A stretch of DNA of 20,000 bases from an uncultured virus (IMG/VR IMGVR_UViG_3300007770_000008) (IMGVR_UViG_3300007770_000008), one strand, 5' to 3'. Positions 1 through 5,634 are shown, numbered from the stretch's first letter. A program made the numbers and translations. The notes: generated from the letters alone by a model not told the origin.

Positions 1-82
1 TCCACAAACGCAGATCGCGACAAATCGCCCAGGAGGCGATGACGGCCATAGCTAGCAGAGCCAGTGTGTAACCCAGCGGCAT
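1..82 (-). CDS. Small hydrophobic/membrane protein, N-terminal part (runs off the window)
   Basis: ATG at 82, 1 nt after the stop of the 84..275 ORF. Reads MPLGYTLALLAMAVIASWAICRDLRLW with a hydrophobic stretch. Not in the ORF track. Confidence 0.5.
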   Translation of the reverse strand, partial: MPLGYTLALLAMAVIASWAICRDLRLW

Positions 83-83
83 G

Positions 84-275
84 TTATTCTCCCGGACAAG
101 CACATTTTTCGGGTTTATCCGCCAAGGGATAGATTTCGTCCCATCCACCTGGCCCGAGTGCGTCACCGTAGTAATTTTCGTGACGCCCGCACTTACGGCA
201 TTCCCGTGCCCAGGGGTTACGGTATTTCCAGTCATGTCCGCCGAAGAACAGCCACCACAGGCGTCTGATGATCAT
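84..275 (-). CDS. Hypothetical small phage protein (HDW...CRKCG, possible Zn-binding)
   Basis: ORF track. ATG overlaps the upstream TGA (ATGA coupling), with GGAG upstream. Confidence 0.7.
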   Translation of the reverse strand: MIIRRLWWLFFGGHDWKYRNPWARECRKCGRHENYYGDALGPGGWDEIYPLADKPEKCACPGE

Positions 276-439
276 GCGAAACTCTCTCCTGACGGGTCTT
301 GGAACTCGCAGTAGATTGGTCTGGCGTCGACCTCTACATCACTGGGTGGGTCGATTGTTTCGCAGTGGATGACTAACGTATACCCATCCCCCACTAACCT
401 GCCACCGCAATTCGGACATGAGTCGAAGTTAGGCGTCAT
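272..439 (-). CDS. Hypothetical 55-aa Cys-rich (CPNC...HC...YC) protein
   Basis: Manual translation MTPNFDSCPNCGGRLVGDGYTLVIHCETIDPPSDVEVDARPIYCEFQDPSGESFA. ATGA-coupled at both ends and fills the gap exactly. Confidence 0.7.
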   Translation of the reverse strand: MTPNFDSCPNCGGRLVGDGYTLVIHCETIDPPSDVEVDARPIYCEFQDPSGESFA

Positions 440-1140
440 GCGAAACACTCTTCCGGGATCTCGACGACATCCTGACCCAGGCGGAAATCACGAGCTTTAA
501 GTTTGGTGATGATACGGTTACCCATACGGTCTTTGAGTTCCGTGCTAGGCCGCAACACCAAACCCTCAGCCCACTGGGTGCCTACAAACGATGTAAACCC
601 GGTTTGGGTATACTTTGCGGCCTCGAGCAAAGTACCTTTGCCCACGACGGGTACGAAGGGTAAACCCATTTCCCGTCCGTATTCTTCAACGTCTTCTCGA
701 GCGAAGAACACATCCAGCCCATTTTCGTCATTGACCGACATGATATCGAACAGGATAAATCGCTGCTCTCCGTCAGTCATGTAGTCGCCACCGCCTTTCA
801 TGATGCCCGAACCGTAGCCTTCGCCACACAGTACCAGGTTACCCTCGGGACCGAAGACGCTCTTAAGCATTTCGGGCGTGAAGGTCTTGGCCAGGTATTG
901 CACCAGCCTGCCAGGGATCTGTGCGTTGTCGGTGCGGCCACCGAAGATGACGTCATCGTTGTGTAGGGCCCCTCCCCAGAAGATACGGATGTTGGTACCG
1001 TCGATCTTCTCGGTCCAGGTCCATTCGTTGTTTCGTAGCAAGTGGAACTCGGGGCGGCTCCACTCGCCAAAGTTAAACGTCTTGTTGTTATTCACCGGGT
1101 CCCGATGAAACAGGCTCTGGATCTTGTGATACTTTTGCAT
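436..1140 (-). CDS. ATP-dependent RNA ligase, Rnl2-like nucleotidyltransferase domain
   Basis: N-terminal KYHKI, motif I EKIDGTN, motif III LCGEGYG, IIIa FILFDI, IV AEGLVLRP, V IITKLK. Confidence 0.88.
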   Translation of the reverse strand: MQKYHKIQSLFHRDPVNNNKTFNFGEWSRPEFHLLRNNEWTWTEKIDGTNIRIFWGGALHNDDVIFGGRTDNAQIPGRLVQYLAKTFTPEMLKSVFGPEGNLVLCGEGYGSGIMKGGGDYMTDGEQRFILFDIMSVNDENGLDVFFAREDVEEYGREMGLPFVPVVGKGTLLEAAKYTQTGFTSFVGTQWAEGLVLRPSTELKDRMGNRIITKLKARDFRLGQDVVEIPEECFA

Positions 1141-1143
1141 CGG

Positions 1144-1719
1144 TCACCTGAAAGTTGTTGAGAAGGTCAGTTCTGTCCTTTTGTCGTAATGGTCTCGTTT
1201 GAAACCTGCTGTCTCGATCGCCGCTAACGCCTCGTCGTACAAGGTGTCGCTGGCGTGACCAATTCGCTTGAGCAAATTGACCTTCTCGGCAACGAACAGG
1301 CTGGCGAATTGCTCCGGGGCTCCGCCCATGTCTTGTATATTGTCAATGACGTCGATCATCTTGATTCGCTTGGCCCAGTCGCTCACGCCCGCGAGACGCT
1401 GGTGATCGAGGTACTTCCGTACCGGGCGGCTTAGGTCCGGCACCCATTTGGACACGTTTGTCAGCTCGTCTACTAGCTGGATAGTTTCAAACGAGAATTT
1501 GAGATTGTGCAACGTGCGAAGACTATAGGCCCCGCAGTCCTCAACTACGTCATGGAGCCAAGCTGCCGCGATCTGGTCTTCAGTAACGTTCGTCTCAAGC
1601 GTCGTTCTTGCGGCAACCCTAGCCGGGTGTTCAATGAACGGGCGACCAGTCCACTTTCGTGTCTGGTCCTCATGGGCCACGTCTGCGAGTTGTGCCGCAA
1701 ATATAATGGTGTTTTGCAT
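1144..1719 (-). CDS. HD-domain hydrolase, RelA/SpoT (Mesh1/small alarmone hydrolase)-like
   Basis: HEDQTRKWTGRPFIEHP, AAAWLHDVVED, IKMIDVIDN. Start moved to ATG 1719, preceded by AAAGGA. Confidence 0.85.
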   Translation of the reverse strand: MQNTIIFAAQLADVAHEDQTRKWTGRPFIEHPARVAARTTLETNVTEDQIAAAWLHDVVEDCGAYSLRTLHNLKFSFETIQLVDELTNVSKWVPDLSRPVRKYLDHQRLAGVSDWAKRIKMIDVIDNIQDMGGAPEQFASLFVAEKVNLLKRIGHASDTLYDEALAAIETAGFKRDHYDKRTELTFSTTFR

Positions 1720-1736
1720 GGTGTCCTTTCGATCGT

Positions 1737-2375
1737 TTAAGCCTCGTAGGCCATAATTTGCTGAACAGCAATGATGGCACGATCGGTGCTGAACCAGCCC
1801 GAATCGTCCCGAAGCTTGCTCTCCATGTCTATCCACCAGTGATCGCCTTGCAGCAAATCTCCAATCCGGGGCAGCTCGGTGGCCAAGTTGTCAGGCCCCA
1901 GGCCTCCTGCAAACCCTACAGGCTTGACGGTGTCGGGCCTGCTCCAGGTTTCTGGCGTGATCCCTCGGCCACCAGAATTGTCGACGAGTATTGAGTGATT
2001 AGGTAGTTCCAAATCAATCAGGTCGTGATTGTTTTCGGTGGCTTGGGTGATGATCGTGTGATCCGTGTATATTTCACACAGATCTATCAGAAGCTTCTCG
2101 GAGACAGTACCGTTCACCTGTATTCTCTGAACAAGGTGAGTCAGCTCCGGTATTTCGTAGTTCTCTAGCTGCTGCCGGGCTTCCCGACCGCATACATGCA
2201 GAGCGGTTAGTCGGTGGCGTAGTTCCGAAAGTATTCGCCAGGCAGTCTTACGTGAAGGGTACCGTGTACGCCCTCGCGGCCTACAAGTGTATAGCACCGC
2301 TAGTTCGCAACTCTTAGGTAGCCACTGCACATCGGTGCGGGCATCTAGCCCGGTAAGGGTGATTTTGTGAAGCAT
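1737..2375 (-). CDS. Phosphoribosylanthranilate isomerase (TrpF)-like TIM-barrel protein, phage type
   Basis: ITLTGLD, RIQVN, LVDNSGGRG, GFAGGLGPDN, WIDMES motifs. Start moved to ATG 2375 (MLHKITLTG) just after the upstream stop. Confidence 0.7.
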   Translation of the reverse strand: MLHKITLTGLDARTDVQWLPKSCELAVLYTCRPRGRTRYPSRKTAWRILSELRHRLTALHVCGREARQQLENYEIPELTHLVQRIQVNGTVSEKLLIDLCEIYTDHTIITQATENNHDLIDLELPNHSILVDNSGGRGITPETWSRPDTVKPVGFAGGLGPDNLATELPRIGDLLQGDHWWIDMESKLRDDSGWFSTDRAIIAVQQIMAYEA

Positions 2376-2382
2376 CGTATAT

Positions 2383-3756
2383 CTAGTCCCCTGGGAAGAA
2401 CACTGGCTGGCCTTCGCTCTTGGCACTTGCGTCTTGTAGTCCGAAGGCCATTTCAAGGTCCTCCTTTGGTGGTTTCCTGTTTTCGACACGAACAGTGCAG
2501 CTCGGCGGCGTCGGGTTGTCCGGGCTTAAAATGGCTCGCAACAGCTTTGCCTGAATATCCGCCATGCTTTTGCCGCGTTCTACGTAGCCGAGCAGTTGCT
2601 GTGTTTCTTTTGGGTCAAGTTCGCGATCAAGCAATGCGGTAGCCATGTTAAGTGCTTGTTCGTTGGTGGCAGCAGGCAAGTGCACTTGAAGGTCCACGCG
2701 ACCCGGTCTGATCAGTGCCGGGTCTAGCTTTTCAGGGTGATTGCTAGTCATGATGACTAGCCTGCCTGCTGAGCGGGTAATCCCGTCCAAAGCATTGAGA
2801 ATACCCGACAACGTCAAGCCGTAACCCATTTCACCGTCAATAAGCGTAATAGACGTCTGCCTGTCTTCTTCGTCGTCACCCCGTCGACGTTGTGTAACGG
2901 CGGCACAGTCTATGTCTTCGATCAGCAGAACGCAGCGAGAAGGTATTCCTTCTACCAGCTTGGCGAATTTCGCGTCGTTCAACCCACTCGCCAGCGACAA
3001 CGTGTATACGTTCAACTCGAGGTGGCTAGCAATCGCGGCAACAGCAGTGGTCTTACCGCAGCCAGGTGGGCCAGCAAACAGGTAGCCTCTGCGGTGCGGT
3101 AAGCCATGTTGCTCATACCAGTCGCCGTCGGCAATGAATTTGTCAACGTCCTGTATAACGCGGTGCAACTGACCTTCCGGCCAGAAGACATTGTCTAAGC
3201 TACGTTGTTGCCCTTTACCGACGCTGTACCAGCCGCTGTCGAAACGGTATACCCAGTACCAGCCTCTAGACGGTGGGCCCCAAGACGCGTCTCTCGCGGT
3301 GGCGACGAAGTCGTATATGAATTCTTTTCCCCAACATAGGGTACTGAGCTGCACCGTTTCCTCGTATGCCTTGTTAGACCCGGCCTTGCTTTCAAGCTCA
3401 CGCCTGGTCCGGTCGAACCACAGCGGCCAACCTTTGAACCAGATTATGTGCCAACCTGGTGCCAGGCTTATTCGTAGATCCGGCCTCTCGCCGTAGTCTC
3501 CTGGGTTGACTGTTCTGAGTGACCAGAATCCTCGTACGTAGTGTTCAGTGTGTTCGTCTAGCCAGTCGAAAATCCAGCCAGTCGCAGGATCATTGTCCGT
3601 CAGCAACATCGTGGTCACTGTATAACGCTTGATCCAGTAGTAGATCTTGTGCGGTACGTTTCGTAGGTAGGCCAGGATTCCTGCTAGTATGCCTAGCATC
3701 AGCCCGCCGGTGAAGAACTGGTTGTCGGACGTTAGCAGGCTTGTGAGCCATTCCAT
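2383..3756 (-). CDS. BCS1-like membrane-anchored AAA+ ATPase
   Basis: N-terminal TM segment NQFFTGGLMLGILAG, Walker A GPPGCGKT, Walker B LLIEDID, LTLSGILNALDG, LIRPGRVD arginine finger. AGGAG SD. Ends in TAG. Confidence 0.88.
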   Translation of the reverse strand: MEWLTSLLTSDNQFFTGGLMLGILAGILAYLRNVPHKIYYWIKRYTVTTMLLTDNDPATGWIFDWLDEHTEHYVRGFWSLRTVNPGDYGERPDLRISLAPGWHIIWFKGWPLWFDRTRRELESKAGSNKAYEETVQLSTLCWGKEFIYDFVATARDASWGPPSRGWYWVYRFDSGWYSVGKGQQRSLDNVFWPEGQLHRVIQDVDKFIADGDWYEQHGLPHRRGYLFAGPPGCGKTTAVAAIASHLELNVYTLSLASGLNDAKFAKLVEGIPSRCVLLIEDIDCAAVTQRRRGDDEEDRQTSITLIDGEMGYGLTLSGILNALDGITRSAGRLVIMTSNHPEKLDPALIRPGRVDLQVHLPAATNEQALNMATALLDRELDPKETQQLLGYVERGKSMADIQAKLLRAILSPDNPTPPSCTVRVENRKPPKEDLEMAFGLQDASAKSEGQPVFFPGD

Positions 3757-3776
3757 TACATAGCTCCTAGGGTATG

Positions 3777-3805
3777 AAAAAAGCCCCGCCAGAACGGCGG
3801 GGCTT
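3777..3805 (-). terminator. Rho-independent terminator closing the ncRNA array
   Basis: Minus strand AAGCCCCGCC-GTTCT-GGCGGGGCTT followed by TTTT. Confidence 0.8.
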
Positions 3806-3808
3806 AGT

Positions 3809-3855
3809 TGGGGCAGGGGCTCGGTTTTTCACCGATAAAGCATGCACACCCCTAC
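3809..3855 (-). ncRNA. CCA-ended tRNA minihelix-like RNA (47 nt)
   Basis: GUAGGGGU/GCCCCUGC stem, T-arm-like UCGG-UGAAAAA-CCGA, encoded C-CCA 3' end. No anticodon arm. Confidence 0.4.
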
Positions 3856-3860
3856 ATAAG

Positions 3861-3982
3861 TTGCAGGCCTGGGAGTCGAACCCAGTCGGCCTCAGTTCAA
3901 ATGAGGATAACAGTCTTGCGATCAGCCCGTTGCCGGGCAAGTTAGTGCTGGACCGCGTTTAGCCTGTCACCAGACACCTGCA
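3861..3982 (-). ncRNA. tRNA-like RNA T1 with a 56-nt Y-module insert (3906-3961); anticodon loop UU-UGA-AC
   Basis: Acceptor UGCAGGU/GCCUGCA, short D hairpin GUC-UGGU-GAC, T arm CUGGG-UUCGACU-CCCAG, anticodon hairpin CUCA-UUUGAAC-UGAG. Confidence 0.75.
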
Positions 3983-3995
3983 ATTGATGATTGTA

Positions 3996-4024
3996 ATTGT
4001 ACCCTTACTACTTGTTTCTAGCAA
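3996..4024 (-). promoter_or_regulatory. Putative sigma70-type promoter upstream of T1
   Basis: TTGCTA (4024-4019), 17-nt spacer, TACAAT (4001-3996) in an AT-rich gap. Confidence 0.45.
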
Positions 4025-4242
4025 CCACCTGAGGGATCGACTAACTCTATAGTAGCGAAGATATGCGGCTCGTCCTCCGCACTGTACTGGTGTTTCAGGT
4101 CAGTATGGTAGAGCTGGGTTACACGGTAGCGGCCAGGGACGACCTCGACTTGCTCGTGATAATCGTCCACAAGTTCGTCATACAGTTCCGCCCCGCACGT
4201 GCCCAGGGTTACTGGGCAGAGGTAGGCCAGATGAAGCCCTAG
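4018..4242 (-). pseudogene. Start-less protein-coding fragment directly after the 3' end of T2
   Basis: Open frame LGLHLAYLCPVTLGTCGAELYDELVDDYHEQVEVVPGRYRVTQLYH...DPSGGC* looks protein-like. Its N-terminal extension in the ORF track runs through tRNA T2. Confidence 0.4.
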
Positions 4243-4244
4243 AG

Positions 4245-4370
4245 TGGTAGGGGCAGGATTCGAACCTGCACTAACTCGGTGTAAACGAGATAACAATCTA
4301 CCTGTCAGCCTGTTGCCGGGCAAGGTAGTGGTGGATCGTGTTGTTGTGCTAACCATTACACTACCCTACC
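4245..4370 (-). ncRNA. tRNA-like RNA T2 (Val, UAC) with a 54-nt Y-module insert (4289-4342)
   Basis: Acceptor GGUAGGG/CCCUACC-A, D arm GUGU-AAUGGUUA-GCAC, T arm GCAGG-UUCGAAU-CCUGC. Removing the insert gives ACUCG-UUUACAC-CGAGU and a 72-nt cloverleaf. Confidence 0.85.
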
Positions 4371-4376
4371 AAATTA

Positions 4377-4442
4377 CCGGGTAAGTGGACGTCGTGAAGG
4401 GCGGATCATTTACAGTGATAACCTTCATTGACTTCAACCCGG
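4377..4442 (-). ncRNA. Free Y-RNA-like unit A with anticodon-loop mimic CU-GUA-AA (Tyr)
   Basis: CCGGGU-UGAAG...GAAGGUUAUCA-CUGUAAA-UGAU...CCUUCA...CUU-ACCCGG. Confidence 0.75.
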
Positions 4443-4445
4443 AAG

Positions 4446-4572
4446 CTGCAGGCCCTGGAATCGAACCAGGTCTAGCCTCTTAGCAGGAGGATAACAATCT
4501 ACCTGTCAGCCCATTACTGGGCAAGTGTACGGTGGATCGGTTTTTGCTGTGCTACCATTACACTAGCCTGCA
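4446..4572 (-). ncRNA. tRNA-like RNA T3 (GCU anticodon) with a 56-nt Y-module insert (4490-4545)
   Basis: Acceptor UGCAGGC/GCCUGCA-G, D arm GUGU-AAUGGUA-GCAC, T arm CCUGG-UUCGAUU-CCAGG. Removing the insert gives GCCUC-CUGCUAA-GAGGC and a 71-nt cloverleaf. Confidence 0.85.
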
Positions 4573-4577
4573 AAATA

Positions 4578-4653
4578 TGCGGGTAAGGGTTTGGGGAAGG
4601 CGTTTCGTACATCTTCCAAAAAGTTGTGATAACCTTCTTCCAATCAACCCGCA
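4578..4653 (-). ncRNA. Free Y-RNA-like unit B
   Basis: UGCGGGU-UGA...GAAGGUUAUC-[ACAACUUUUUGGAAGAUGU hairpin]-ACGAAAC-GCCUUC...CUU-ACCCGCA. Confidence 0.7.
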
Positions 4654-4654
4654 A

Positions 4655-4725
4655 GTCGTAAAGCCGGGAGTCGAACCCAGTACCCGCACAAGCGGGCAAG
4701 CCAGCGTTTGCTACGCACTTCACAA
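4655..4725 (-). ncRNA. Anticodon-less tRNA-like RNA
   Basis: Acceptor UUGUGAAG/CUUUACGA, D-like GCGU-AGCAA-ACGC, central UGCCCGC-UUGU-GCGGGUA hairpin, T arm CUGGG-UUCGACU-CCCGG. Confidence 0.6.
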
Positions 4726-4730
4726 TAAAG

Positions 4731-4858
4731 AGCCAGAGCTGGGACTCGAACCCAGGACCTAAAGTTGGAGTTAACGATTAACCTTCAGCCCGTCGATCGG
4801 GCAAGCTAACGGAAAACCGTGTTTAAGACTTTTGCTCTACCAACTGAGCTACTCCGGC
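4731..4858 (-). ncRNA. tRNA-like RNA T4 with a 55-56 nt Y-module insert in the anticodon loop (about 4770-4825); anticodon ambiguous (UCC/UUC)
   Basis: Acceptor GCCGGAG/CUCUGGC-U, canonical D arm GCUC-AGUUGGUA-GAGC, anticodon stem AAAGU/ACUUU, variable AGGUC, T arm CUGGG-UUCGAGU-CCCAG. Confidence 0.8.
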
Positions 4859-4859
4859 T

Positions 4860-4924
4860 TGGTGCGATTGGTAGCCCTTTCAATGCTACTTTTAGGGCGT
4901 TGCCTCTCAGCACTCCGCAACCGC
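4860..4924 (-). ncRNA. CCA-ended short tRNA-like RNA (65 nt) without an anticodon arm
   Basis: GCGGUUG/CAAUCGC-ACCA acceptor, UGC-UGAGAG-GCA hairpin, GUAGC-AUUGAAAGG-GCUAC hairpin. Confidence 0.5.
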
Positions 4925-4931
4925 ATAAATA

Positions 4932-4993
4932 GCGAGCAAGTGGACGCGTTAGGGGTGATATCTTAAAAGGATAACCCTAGTGCTTCAGCTCGC
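4932..4993 (-). ncRNA. Free Y-RNA-like unit C with anticodon-loop mimic CU-UUU-AA (Lys)
   Basis: GCGAGC-UGAAG...UAGGG-UUAUC-CUUUUAA-GAUA...CCCUA...CUU-GCUCGC. Confidence 0.75.
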
Positions 4994-4998
4994 GTGTG

Positions 4999-5365
4999 TC
5001 ATCGTAGGAGGTCGATCCTCCCCTTTCCTAGTACTTGTTTGATTGTAGCGGATTTACCTGACCGGTGATCCTTTACCAGGCCCGACTTGAAGTCATAGGT
5101 TCGGACCGTCGTATTGTCATGGATCTTTGCGTCTCGGTCGGCTTTCTTCTCAGCAGCCCGTTTCTCCGCTTTGGCTTCGGCAAGTCTCTTGCTAAAGACG
5201 CCGTAACGCTTCCCGCTTGTTCTTGTGCTGGTCACGTCCGTCGATAGTGACGGAAATACCAGTAGGAATGTGGGTGGCTCGGACACAGGAATCGGTTTTA
5301 TTCTTGTGCTGTCCGCCTTTACCCTTTCCACGGAAGGTTTCGATCTTCACGTCTTTCTTGTTCAC
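4999..5365 (-). CDS. Truncated class I release factor homolog (GGQ peptidyl-tRNA hydrolase domain), about 121 aa via a predicted +1 frameshift at CTT-TAG-C
   Basis: AGGAG SD and GTG 5365. Frame 0 reads [39 protein letters not shown]...REALRRL-TAG (5192-5194). The +1 frame continues SKRLAEAK...[17 protein letters not shown]..., matching the RF1/RF2 C-terminal RTYNF...V.DHR motif. Confidence 0.85.
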
Positions 5366-5394
5366 GAGACTGCTCCTAAGTAATCATCAGCAAG

Positions 5395-5522
5395 GCAGGC
5401 CACTAGGAGTTGCACCTAGACTACCGGCTCCGAATGCGTTAACGATTTCCATTCAGCCCGTTTCCGGACAAGGGGCTGGAGACCGCGTTTTACGGCGTGC
5501 TATCTGTTACACTATGGCCTGC
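5395..5522 (-). ncRNA. tRNA-like RNA T5 (UCG anticodon) with a 55-nt Y-module insert (5438-5492)
   Basis: Acceptor (G)CAGGCCA/UGGCCUG(C), D arm GUGU-AACAGAUA-GCAC, T arm CUAGG-UGCAACU-CCUAG. Removing the insert gives CCGGC-AUUCGGA-GCCGG. Confidence 0.8.
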
Positions 5523-5529
5523 ATAAGTA

Positions 5530-5597
5530 ATGTGGGTAAGGTGATTGTTCGAAGGGGTTCTTCATTTGGGGTGATAACCTTCAACTTCAACCCACAT
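5530..5597 (-). ncRNA. Free Y-RNA-like unit D with anticodon-loop-like CC-CCA-AA (Trp)
   Basis: AUGUGGGU-UGAAG-UUGAAGG-UUAUCA-CCCCAAA-UGA-AGAAC-CCCUUCGA...CUU-ACCCACAU. Confidence 0.7.
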
Positions 5598-5634
5598 AAC
5601 TATCGTAGTAACGCCCCCTGGAGGCGTCAAGTGC

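Noticed and set aside
3774..4762. Short ORFs over the RNA cluster (3774..3962 +, 4514..4723 -, 4532..4762 +), and likewise 8712..8981, 9903..10100 and 10088..10312
   Set aside because: They overlap tRNA-like genes and lack protein motifs, so they are treated as spurious.
4999..5331. ORF-track 110-aa protein starting MERVKAD
   Set aside because: Its N-terminal part is the off-frame reading of the GGQ domain. Only the portion after the CTT-TAG-C site is release-factor-like.
3906..5492. tRNA inserts as group I/II or bulge-helix-bulge introns
   Set aside because: At 54-56 nt they are far too short for self-splicing introns, and no BHB motif is visible at the junctions.
3900..5600. CRISPR array suggested by recurring GATAAC / TCAGCCC / GGCAAG motifs
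   Set aside because: The repeats are short, degenerate and irregularly spaced, and are explained by a structured RNA module. No cas genes are present.
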